In this document: piece by piece, positions 13,258-25,527 of the stretch
How positions within the stretch are numbered: the first letter of the stretch is position 1
Layout: each line of letters begins with the position of its first letter
From: Paragordius varius
Taxonomy: Eukaryota > Animalia > Nematomorpha
Assembly (NCBI GenBank): GCA_964247055.1
Contig: OZ176059.1
Location: 2,604,001-2,668,000, forward strand
Direction of reading: 5' to 3'
DNA: 64,000 nt
The notes under the pieces: model-generated
What the model was told of the DNA's origin: nothing
Databases searched by the model: none
The model's input: only the letters and a program-made list of their open reading frames with translations
Position numbers and translations under genes: made by a program

Positions 13258-14258
13258 TCAGGTGTGATAAGTTTAAACCGGCTTTTAGCAAAAAAATGTG
13301 TTGATATGAAATCATTTATTTAATTTTATAAAATATTGTCATCGGCTTTTACACATTTCCTCTTAGTTAATATAGAAATGCTATGCCAGAAAAATTGACT
13401 GTCTTTTATGGCATTTGTCATATTATTTTTTAACGTCCCCCCATTTGATGTATTAGTTAAATACCCATGTCAGAGAATTCAGTCGAAAGTGGTTTTGCTG
13501 TATGAGACTATCGTTTTTCGATTTAGACATGGTTTATAAACATTTGTAGGCGATAGCGTTGTTATTAACGAAAATCCATAATTCACAATACTGATCTGAT
13601 CCCAATCACAAAGCATGTTCTTTTTGTCGAAGGGATTTGGCATTGGTGGTAAAGAGCCGGCTAGACAAAATATAGATATTCTCACCCGTCCCAATTCAAA
13701 AAGGTAGGGTTTGTTACGTCGGAGCAGGATTTTATGGGTCACTTTAAGAATTTAAATTTGAGAATCATTCAAATTAAGTGGAATCCATTTACCGAATTTG
13801 TTTGTCTCTTTCGTTGCTCGTAGACATCTATTTATTGTTTTAGTGATAAATTTATCCTGCCATTGTTATTAAGTGTGAGTTGGGTGATCATCCAATAACT
13901 CTTGCATATTAGCGTCTTCTCAGTTATGTAGTGTACTAGAACGCCCCTCTTTCACATTGAAATCTCAACTTTAATTTTCAAAACCATGTTTCACAGTTTT
14001 AATTGAATTAACATAATGGTTCTACCAAAAACAATGACTCTTCTACATCCTTTTTGTTCTAGTGGAATAAGAAAAAAATGCGTGCCGCAAACTTTAGGCA
14101 CGAAATTAGATATAATTACTAAATGGATTCCACTTTTGTATGCATTTGTCGTTTGATGTTAGTTCTACGAAATTGGGTATGAATCCAGTCAATCGTCTGC
14201 GTATTTTTCACTAACGTCTTTTCTTAATTTAACCATAATAACTTATGACTGCACGTGG
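13258..14258 (-). mobile_element. Decayed mariner (Mos1-like) transposon with transposase remnants
   Basis: Minus-strand fragments with stops and frameshifts: CETWF*K..DFNVKE, ELLDD, KFGKWIPLNL (cf. WVPHEL), TG.E..IY, PNPFDKKNMLCDWDQISIVNY (cf. Mos1 KTMLCVWWDQ.G.VYYE). TIR-like ends tcaggtgtgataagtt at about 13258 and, in reverse complement, ccacgtgcagtcataagtt ending near 14258. Confidence 0.85.
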
Positions 14259-14749
14259 TATATTCATAGAGTTATATTTTGTGGTAAATACCATTACAAA
14301 TCAAATTCACCCTTAAACGATTCAAATTCACCCTTAAATAATTCAAATTCATCCTCGAACAATTCAATTTTGTTTTAAATTAAATATATACTAAAAAATA
14401 ATAGTTTTTATAAAGATATAAAGTCATGTAGACTTTATTTTATCAAAAATTTACGTTTTTTCTTTAATGGGTATAAATATTTGGTAAAGAATAGAAAAAC
14501 AAGAGCTCAATGGTATTAACCATATCATATTCATTAGAAAAGTAAAAGAAGTGTGGGGGAAGGGCGTCGGAAATCTTTGGTAAAAAATGAAACACTTACT
14601 AATCCTTCACTTAAAATTATTGTATAAAAGGGTTAAAAAAAATGTAATTTTATAATTATTTTTTTTTGTTTTGATATGGGATGGGACGATTTTAAAAGGA
14701 TCCACGATAAATGTTATATTAAATAATCAATTTGATCCAATTTTGTTAG

Positions 14750-15120
14750 GATGTAACCCTGGTATTGCGGGTAATTTTTTCCTTTAAAATGTTAGATTCA
14801 GAATATGTTGACGAAGATATAGGACCCACACAAAATATTGTGCCTGGCAACGGTAGTTTTTTTTCATTTAGACTTTAGATGTTAATGAAATCGGGAATGA
14901 AAATATGACAACTTCATTAAACGGTAGAGGAAAAAGGAAAAGTACCGTTTTTGTTAATTTTAGAATATCATTTTTGGTCAGATAAAAAAAAGTCTAAGGC
15001 CTAAAAAATTTTCAGGAATCCCAGAAATCACGAATTATCGTCTCGTCATTTTGTAGATGATATAGACATGTCTATAAGTTTCATAAATGCTATGAGACGA
15101 AGCAGGCTCTGGGAATAGAG
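14750..15120 (+). pseudogene. Decayed gene fragment inside the TIR element with three candidate micro-introns; possible THAP-like domain
   Basis: Exons 14750-14770, 14796-14852, 14879-14941 and 14964 onward, joined by phase-1 GT-AG gaps, give GCNPGIADSEYVDEDIGPTQNIVPGNDVNEIGNENMTTSLNGRGKRKKYHFWSDKKKSKA*KIFRNPRNHELSSRHFVDD. The ...*...LSSRHF part resembles the THAP W...LCSxHF core (weak). Confidence 0.45.
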
Positions 15121-15608
15121 AAAGAGCCATTGAAAAAGGGTAAACGTAATGCAATGAAGGTCTAGTCAGGCAGGTTAAAACAATCCTCGATAGTGATTGT
15201 TAATTGACTGTCGATGATCTCAATAAATTACCTACAGAATGCAAAATCTCCAAAAAAACTTTATATAAAATATATGAAATAATAAACTACACGTGCAAAA
15301 GGAGTATTATGGAACCTCAACAGCTCAATTCATAGCTGGTTATGTATATGATTGTATTTTAAATTTCCCAAAATAGAGTATTTTAGGATGAAACGCATTC
15401 AGTTCGATAATATTGTTTTATAAACGCTATAATCCATATTCATTTCCTATGTTTTCCCTTATATATATACACGTTTGATTACATCCTTATATTTTGTCCG
15501 TTATATGTTTGTTTTTTTATTGTGATATCCTATTAAATAAATTATAATAAATATTTTTTTACTTATACATAAAAATCTATATTTAAGTGGTTAATTTGTT
15601 TTGGTTAA

Positions 15609-16077
15609 CACTTGGATACAAAACATTCATTTTTAAGCTAAAACCGAAAGGTAAAAAATTAGTCAACGTGACGTGTGTGCAATAGTAAAATTGAAAAATT
15701 ATACAAAATAAATCGCTTTTTCTATTTGTATCAATGTTAGATGTCAATTAAATAAAAAATTAGCTTTCATTCCCTTAAAATTAAATGAAGACGATATTTT
15801 GCAGATATTTTGTAAAATAAAAATGCCGTCCAATCAGTTTGATACGGAACTTTTTTTTCAAAACAAAATTTTATTTAGATATTTGGCATATTTATATAAT
15901 TTTATTAGAAAAGAATCATAAATAAAATTTGATTCAGATATTTTGGCATATTTATATAATTTTTATTAGGAAAGAAGCATAAATTTAAATTAAACTGTTT
16001 CTTTCACTAGTTTTTTAAAAATCCTAATTCAAATTAAGTCTGGGGTATAATTAGATACCCCAATTTGAATATAGGTG
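15609..16077. mobile_element. piggyBac-type non-autonomous element (TTAA-CACTT...AGGTG-TTAA)
   Basis: TTAA on both flanks (15605-15608, 16078-16081). Interior homologous to 31603-32172 and about 57668-58230. Confidence 0.75.
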
Positions 16078-18871
16078 TTAAATAAAAACTTTATCAAAAA
16101 AATAATATATAAAATTTTGCTAAAAAATTAATAAAAATATTACCAATTCCCCTCAATATTAAAGATTTTCATTTTTACAAAAGATTTCTGACGCCCTTCC
16201 CCCACACTTCTTTTTCTTTTTTAAAGAATATGATATGGTATACCATATAGCTCTTGTTTTTCTATTCTTTACCAAATATTTATACCCATGTAACGAAGAA
16301 AAGTAAATTTTTGATAAAATAAAGTCTACATGACTTTATTTTATATTGATAACTTTCGTAAATCTCGTGCTACGCAGCCCGAGAAAATTCTTCGGACTTC
16401 TGGGGGGCATTTTTGATTTTATAAGCAATTTTGGTATGCGGCACGAAGTTTTAGATAGTCTCATTAACTGAAATTTGGCTCCAAAGGCATGCTGTATCGA
16501 TATGATGGCGCAGTTGTAGGCGAGCCCCCTACCCAGAGGCCAATATAAAAATGTAGTTAGATAAGATTTTGCCTTTGTACCTGCAATCATTATTCAGTCC
16601 GAATAGTTTATGGAAGAATGGCTTCAAAACTAAATAATAGTTCAATGATAGCGACTTTTTTAGGGAGTAAGGGCCTTTTTAACGGTTGTTTCAAAAAATC
16701 CGCTCGACTTAAATTTTTAACTTTTTACGGGTGATACTTTAAGCAGCTATTGAACTAATAGGGCCTGATAGGTTTTCTGAAATTTAGCCCCAAAAGCACG
16801 CTCTTTTAATATGACGGATTAGTTTTTCGCGGGTAGCTCCTTACCCAGCGGCTATCATCAAAGAAACGATTGACTAAAATTTTTGCCTTTTAACAGGGAA
16901 TACGTAGAATCCTTATTGAATTTTTACGGTCTCATACCTTTAGCGAAAAATAGATTCAAAAAATTATTTTTGTGGACTTTGTTGTTTGCAAAAAATTGCA
17001 TTTTACGGGGGAGCGGGTAAAAAGAGGGCCTAAATTAATAAAACGAGCCAACTATGTTCAACGCAATCGAAAATAAATAAACATAAATTATATTTGAAAT
17101 TGAATGGTCCAACACGTTTTCCGGAATGTCTCAAAGACACGATTTTTGTGGCCTTGTATTTTTTAAAAAAACCCATTTTTCACACGGGGTGGGCCCGAAC
17201 TGGGGGCCTATTTCAAAAAAGGGGAGGCTATTGTCGGGGCATTCATTAATGATTATATTTTTTCAATGTTTAGATTTGATTCTACCGGTTTTCCAGAAAC
17301 AGATCACAAAGCCACCACTTTCCATTTTTATAAATATATAGATGAGTTTTATTAGTTCGAAAACACATAATTAATTTTTAGGTTAAATTTGAATTGTTTA
17401 AGGAGGATGAATTGTAATATATAATTTTTAATGTATAAGTCTTCTCTGAAATTGTATCAGCAAATTTTCAAGAAAGAAAATTTTCATATTCAATTTTAAA
17501 TGGATTGATTATAAACAAATTTACATCGCTAACTCTCATCCAGTCGAAATAGTATAAATCGCTTACAAGTATTCGTTTGATTGTTAGTCAAAACCTTGAA
17601 ATGCAAAAATATGGTTGGTAATTATCCAAAATGTTTTTATGGTCACCATACTTTAAATAAAATGTGGAATTGAGCCAGACACCTTTGTGAATGAATCGGT
17701 TCATTTTTTTTAAATGGCAGGAATGACTGAATATTCATTTAAATAATATGGGAAAATTTGGAGACCAATTTTTTGGTATTTAAAAATTTCATAAGATTTT
17801 ATAACCTAAAAAATAGGAGAAAATGGGAGCTAATTCTGCCGACTTATTACCATAGCAAGAGTCGGCACAACGGATTTAACATGGCATTTTCTATATTTGT
17901 TGAAAAAAATAAAATGTTTTTGAAATTTTAGTTGTAAGCTGATTAGCAATCATTATGCTTATACCATATAGCTGGATATCCTTGAATGCAAGTATGTTAT
18001 AGTACTCCTAGCCAGGCTTATTTGACTATGAAGTCAGTGAATAAAGTAATATGAGATATAGCATTTTGTAAAAGCCAAATATAAATGTTGTTTTAAGCGA
18101 TAAATATCAGTATTAGAATTTTGTTTTTTTGTTATTATATTAAATAATCTATTCGGGTAATTTTTTCCATTGCACCAACATTGTGTTTATAGACGATTTA
18201 ATTTTAAAGCTTATCCAAAAACTTAAAGCATATTCTAAGAACTACTGTATAATTTTTAATTATTTTTAACTTTAAGAATGAACGTTCCGCTGTAACAACC
18301 GGGAGCACTTACCACAAAAATGTAAATAAATCTTATATCACTAAGACAAAACCAAAAGCACCATGATAATCTTAAATTTTCCTATCAGATAATATATCAT
18401 CAGGTTATTATTTGTGGACACTGTATTATATACAAGATTCGATCATACTTTTAATTTGGCCGGCTAGTTATTTTTAAGATAATATTTTATAAGTTTTTAG
18501 TGAAATATAAATTTTAACTGAGAGCTGTTAATACTTACATTTACTGTGCGACAAAAAGGTTCAAAAAATAAATATATTAATATTTTATCCTTTGATAGGT
18601 AAAAGCCTGGAATGAAAAATTGGGAAAAAACACTAGAACAAAGTTTATTTCTGCCATTAGCCAATATCCAAAAATCACATAAATTAGGCACATGTTATTT
18701 GTAATATAAACTAACTAGTTAATACACCCAATGTAGGTCCAATAATTTTTCAAATGTTTCGCAACAAGCGTTTGCTTTTTCCTAGTTTTTCATATTAATT
18801 GCCCAAGTCTCAGTCAAATCTATAAAACATAGTTGCGGCCTTACTGTTCTTTCTCTTTCTACTAATTAAAT

Positions 18872-18909
18872 TAGGGGTGTCCAATACGAATGGCGTCAAG
18901 GGTTCCATT

Positions 18910-18944
<35 letters not shown>

Positions 18945-21003
18945 TATATATGGGTATTCTTATGCATTTTATTCGATTTAAACATAAGACTGTAAAGCAG
19001 TGGTACTCACCAAAAAAATTTGACGGGCCAAATAAAATATATTTTTTTTCGAGGGCCATGAACCTGATGGAAAATATTCCATAGCTATTTGACACATATG
19101 CACATATTTATACTCTAAATAAGCACAATGAATTTTTTGCGGATCGCATGTAAATCCAGCTAAAAACGCGTTTTGCACCATTTAGTTTAAAAAATTAAAA
19201 TGTTTTGATAACAACATTTATTTTGTTATTAACCAATAATTTTTGACAAATTCGGTTTCGCCTCATGACAGGCCAATCTTAACATGTCGTCCATTCGATT
19301 CGGTTAAGCGATTTATGTATGTATTTTTGACATATTTCATTTTTGAATATGCCGTCTCACACGTGTAAGTTGAGGGAAAAACAGTTAGGATTGAGCACAT
19401 TTTTTAAATTTTTATAATTATTTGGCACATCTTGCCAAAACCCTACATGTTTCTTCGGTACGATTTCCTTGAATATAGACTCCGAATTAGAATAATGAAT
19501 CTACGAATTCTATGATATGCGCCTAATCAAAACCGAAATATTCAAGTTGCTTACTATTGGATATATCCATATGCCATGACAACGAGTTATAAGAAATTTT
19601 TAAATATTTCTTTCTCGAAATTTAAACTCCTTAGATAGAAATGTTAAATGATTGTCTGTTATTATATTAGTGTCAGCAGTAAATTCCATATTTTCCTCAT
19701 GAATCGTTTTAAGTGTTGGAAAATATAGGAGTGTACTTATATAATCTTGTTTATATACTATTAATTTTTCTTCAAAAGCAAATATTTTAATAGCAGATTG
19801 GGTTATTATTTTGCTCCCTTGAAGACTTGTATTTTAGTAATGTCGCAAAAGCAGGCTAATAATCAGAAGTAGTTTTAAACGGAAGTTAAATTCTTTGCCA
19901 CGGATGTGGTTAACTATATCCACTACTTTTTAATTACTGAATTGGGTGCATCTTTTACACGCGAAACCAAGTTTTGCTAATGAATAAAGCAGGGAAAGGA
20001 TAAAATATTTTGCAAATTATTTTGTTTTTCTAAAGACAAATTCTTTGTTTATTCCAATCATAGAGGGACAGCCATCTGTGCAGATCGAAACCAATTTTTC
20101 GATAGATATACCATTATTATCGTAAAAAGTTCTATTTATTTCGAGAAAATCGATTTTTTCGTGTATTCTTCATTGGTAAAAATTTTAAATATTCCTCGTT
20201 GATTATGTTGTCCTTACATATGTGGCAGGTAACAACATTTTATTTAAAACGACCAAAAATTTTGATTCCCATTTTTTTTATAAAGGGGCGATTTTCATCG
20301 GATAATTTACGTTTTTTACCATTAGATGTCATTGGAATTTATGTTTAAATATTATGTGATTTTTTCAAAAAAATATGAATATAATTTGAATTATGCTATA
20401 AAAAACAGGTCGAAATTTAATGATCATGATTTGAAAAATATTTTATGGGCATAAGTTATTAAAAATGATGCAGGATAGCAATGAAAAGAATATGTATATG
20501 TAGGTTTGGATGAAATGCTTGCTTAAATACAAAAAGGAATTAAACAAAATTTCAAGATAGAAAAGAAAATAGAATACAGAGAAACAACGTATGCCAAAAT
20601 TTTGAAATCATTTTAATGTAGGAAAATTTTTCTACATTTCAAATTGGGTAAAAAGTAAAACAAAATTAATTTTAAAGAAAATAAATTAATACTAAAATAA
20701 GCGAAAATTTCTTTATGTGTACATCAATAAAAAAATAATTTAAGTATCAATATGGTCATAGAGCAATTTTAAAGAACTCTTAGGGCCACATGCGGCCCGC
20801 GGTTTGAGTATCACTGCTGTAAAGTATATACACCATATGACAATTTTACCTAATTGTCAATTGGATAAACTTATTAGAACTTTGTTAAAAAATGACTATT
20901 TCTAACACTTTGTTAGCATATTATTGCATATATTCCAAACTTTTTACGGCCAGCACATGATGTTTCGGAGGGCCCCATGCGATGTGCGTGTTGATCACCT
21001 CTA
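18872..21003. mobile_element. hAT-family MITE split by a nested 1.8-kb hAT element
   Basis: Ends taggggtgtccaatacg / cgtgttgatcacctcta. Flanks aattaaat and aattaaag (7 of 8 match, degenerate 8-bp TSD). Confidence 0.65.
18998..20816 (-). mobile_element. hAT (Buster/Charlie-like) transposon with decayed transposase and perfect 8-bp TSD
   Basis: CTGTAAAG directly repeated at 18990-18997 and 20817-20824. TIRs CAGTGGTACTCA / CAGTGATACTCA. Minus-strand remnants from ATG at 20330-20332: MTSNGKKRKLSDENRPFIKKWE..., C.IC, LVSICTDGCPSMIG, CFIH*QNL, VDIVNHIRG, FPSTYTCETAYSKMKYVKN...RLT (hAT dimerisation motif). Many stops and deletions. Confidence 0.92.
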
Positions 21004-22853
21004 AATTAAAGATAAACTACAAAGCCTTTCCAAACAGATGATGGATTATGTTGATATACAAGTAATAATTGACTTCGTCCTTTCAGGATAAAAAGTGTAA
21101 GCATATCAAATTTCCCAAAAGTGGGAACAGTTTCTTCAATTAAAGTCAATTTAATAAAATTCCTATGCATCTCTAAGAACAAAGGGTAGAAATGTAGAAG
21201 GCGGTATTCCGACAAGCAATATAGTAAGGGCAACGAATTAACTTAAGAAAATGGTTATAAAATAAATAATATGTTTAATAAAACTTGTAATGTACCAAAG
21301 AACTAAACTTACGGGTTTTTAATTTTAAATTATGAATACATAAAAGTGTTTTAAACAATTTTTATGAGCCAAAAAACGTTTTAACACTTAAAACACACTT
21401 TTTAAACAAACATTTCAAAACCTTTTTTAATATTATAGATGAAGAATATGAGCGACTGTATTTTAAGAACAAATCTTTAGCATATTTTATACATAAAATT
21501 AATATATATAACATTTGAGTTCCCAAGCGCATGACACATTTCTTACTTAAATTATTGCACAATAAATTTATTAGTAACACATGGAATTTGATCACAAATA
21601 GGAATTATAAAACAAAAAATATAATAGCAACAAGGGAAAAAATTGGTATGCTAATATATTACAGTGTGCAAATTCAAATTTTTTTAACCTAATTATTACG
21701 CTTAAAATGACCGTTGTTTAAGAGCAAAAAAAAATTTTTTTTTCGTTAATCTCAAAAATATATGGCCGTCCATATTTAGCTAAAACAAAAAATCGCGTAT
21801 TGCAGGTACCTTAGCTGTAGTCAACTCAATTCAATTTTATTCACTATAAAGTGTTAAAAGATATTTGATACAATACTCTTTACAACATATATATAACAAA
21901 TAATGTATTCAAATTTTAACAAAATTGTTTGACAAAAACTTATATTATATAAAATCTACAACTAAAAATAACTACAAGTTATAAAATAGATTCAGACATA
22001 TTTAGTAAATTAAATTCAACATACGGGCAAAGTTTTTGGCATAAATTAAAACAATATTTTTACAGTTTGATATGTCAACCTAATATCATACACCCTACTG
22101 CTAACGGAAAAGCGAAAAAATAATCATAAATATCCAAATTATTTTTTAATAAAATCTGTTTAAATGGTATTCTCCCAAATATTTTTTCCATATTGAATTA
22201 AAGTATGTAACCGGTATAATATAAAAAACATATATTTTAAATATATTAAATATATATATATATATATATATATAGTTTGGTTTAATCCTGCTATTGAAAA
22301 AAAAGACGGCTTAACACCATTTTTTGATATCCTTAATGGAACTTTTTCCCATTCTCGATGATATGTTGTGATATACAAATCTTTTAATAGCGAGAATTAA
22401 AATTAAGCTAATGTAGCGGAAAAACGGGATATTCCGATTTAAAGCTCAATATGGAAATATGGCCATATTTTTTGAAAGATGACAGGGTTACAAAATTATT
22501 ATTTTTTGCTCTTTCAATGTATATAATCCAACAGTTATTTGCATGACACCACGATTAAAAAACATTTTGTGCCTCTAGTTTTTGCACACTGTAATATAGA
22601 ATGTAGGTTGCATTAGTACACATTTTTAGAGGTAAGTAAAAAGATAATAAATAACGGTAAAATATATATATATATATATATATATACAGTATGTATTTTA
22701 ATGGTTGCTTATTTCACACTATAGTAGTAGGGAAATTTGAAACACAGTAGTGTATGTAAAAAACAACAAAATGTTAAATAAACAATTATTATCTTTCGTT
22801 TTTCCATACACTCCTGTGTTGCAAATTGCCATAGTATAGTGTCAAATAAGCAA

Positions 22854-22895
<42 letters not shown>

Positions 22896-22957
22896 TAAAA
22901 AGCGTTTGTCACCAAAATAGTTATAACTGAAAAAATGGAATGAACTATAAAATCGAA

Positions 22958-25496
22958 CTAAAATAGACCACATTCCTTTGTACAGCGTTCCTGGGTGTGA
23001 TGTTTTGCAAACGTGGCCCCAACTATGAACGGGAAAACGAGGGATGCCTCTGCGAAAAGCTTTATATTCATGTTTGAAAAAAAAATAGTATTAATATATA
23101 AATATTTTATAATTATCATGGTTTGTTTGTAAATGTAAGATTAAACAAATAATAATAAAAAAATGTTAAATGAAATGCGGAATAACTAGAGATTATTTGC
23201 TTGGCAACAACCCCAAAATTATATAAGTCAGCTGTTATTTTAAGTTTTTAGATATCTGGTTTAATATATATTTTGATGAAACAGGAAAAAGAATATATTT
23301 TTAGATAAAAATTATTTAATGGTGGCAAATATTATAAACATTTCGTTACAAATCGAAATTAACATGGTTATTTAAAAAAAAGTCAGTTATGTTTTAGATT
23401 TCAAACAAACTTGGTTTTCCCTATATAGTATCGGAATTAATATGCAAAATCAGATAAAAATACAATAAAAATTTAAAATGAACACACATATAAGCATAAA
23501 TAAACTTTAAATATCAGGCAATACATAAAAAAATGCTTTAAATTGTATATTTCGATATTTTTACACGTTTGACCAAGTTTACACCTCGTAGTAAGCCAAA
23601 ATTCACATGTAAATAAATTTGATTACAATTAAGTGTGTCAAAACTCTGCAATTTATACAAAAAACTTAGACATATATATATATATTACTTTGACGGGTAC
23701 ATTGTTCGTTGTTGATGTTAGGGAAGAAATGTTGGTTCCATTACAAATATTATCCTTTTTATTATTACAGTCAACAATCGTATTATCATTTGCAGTTCCT
23801 ATAGATTTATTCACGCGGATCGGCAAATTTATGTCACCCTCCCCTTGGCCAATGTTTGTAATGTTATTATTAGACAACAATAATTCTTGAGATGGTGACT
23901 CTATCTCTGGTGTATTGTTATTGAGAGAGAGTGGACTTGATTTTATTTTACCTTGGAGAAAAAATTTTAAATTAAAATAAATATAAAGTGTAAAAAATAA
24001 ATGTTTTTATTGAAACATAATAATAGTCAATCATATCTTTTAAAGCTTGATTGTTCTTTCTCGCTGTAACCTCGATTGTTTTGGGGTGCGCACAATAGCG
24101 AAAATTATTTGTTAAAACAATCAATTATATGAGTCAAAATTCTAATTACAAGATAGTTAATGGAGAATTATCAAAAAGTATGGTTATTATCGTTAAGTTT
24201 CTGCGTTTTTGTCACAATTCCATTTTACACTGTAAAATAGTAGGAGACAAAACGTAAAAAATAAAAATTTAAATGATACCATAATATGCTTTAAACTTGA
24301 TTGTTTATATTCTTGTAAGCATTTAAGGTCGCGAAAATACGAATAAAATGTGAATTGGTATGACAAAATTATCTTTGGTTTTTTGCTTATTCTTATTGTA
24401 ATTATTAGATATCGTTACAAGTATAAATAAAATATTTGGTATTTTATACCTACCCGGTAGCAATCAAAAAAATTTTATAATATATATCATACCAAAAAAA
24501 TAAAAAATATTGTATAAACCATGTACAATTCAAATTTGCCCTTAAAGTATTTAAATTCTGCCTATAACATTTCTAATTCACCCTAAACAGATTTGTATGT
24601 TTTTTGTATCGTAAATTACCTATATTTTAGATTTAAATGCAAAAAAAGAAATATTCTTTGTTTTAAGTCCAAAAACACATTATTCATTTTTCAAGGGGTG
24701 AATTTGAGATGCTTATTATGATTATTATTTGTGTGTTAAAGGGTGAATTTAAAATGTTGCTAAATAAATTTTATATTTGATCAAAGATTTTTAGACATGT
24801 TCAAGGGTAGTAAATTTAGCAAGGTTTAAATCGCAACACATACACATATATACCATTTACAGTTCAAATTCACCCTAAAACAACTTAAATTCACCCTTAA
24901 ACAACTTAAATTCACCCGTAAACAATTCAAATCGAACAATTCAAATTCAATCTAAAATAAATTAGGTGTTTTTTAAGATTAAATATTACCTATATTTTTT
25001 ATATATTTTTTAAAAAAAATTTTTGTAAACTTTGCAATAAAAATATATTTAATTTTAATGATGAGTAATATTAGACCAAAATTTCATAATTTATTTTTAG
25101 GGTGAATTTGAATTGTTCAAGGGTAAATTTGTTAAAGGGTAGTAAATTTGAATTGTTCAAGGCGGAATTTGAATTGTTCAAGGGTAAATTTGAATTGTTC
25201 AAGGGTGAATTTGAATTGTTCAAGGCGGAATTCAAATTGTTCAAGGGTAAATTTGTTAAAGGGTAGTAAATTTGAATTGTTCAAGGCGGAATTTGAATTG
25301 TTCAAGGGTAAATTTGAATTGTTCAAGGGTGAATTTGAATTGTTCAAGGCGGAATTCAAATTGTTCAAGGGTGAATTTGAATTGTTCAAGGGTAAATTTG
25401 AATTGTTCAAGGGTGAATTTGAATTGTTCAAGGGTGAATTTGAATTGTTCGAGGGTGAATTTGAATTGTTCAAGGGTTAATTTGAACGGTAAATGG

Positions 25497-25527
<31 letters not shown>

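Larger units (their letters stand above)
14418..16339. mobile_element. About 1.9-kb element with about 180-bp terminal inverted repeats, containing a spliced gene relic and a nested piggyBac-type MITE
   Basis: About 14418-14595 (ataaagtcatgtagactttattttatcaaaaatttac...gaagtgtggggaagggcgtcggaaatc) is the near-perfect inverted copy of about 16165-16339. TSD not resolved. Confidence 0.8.
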
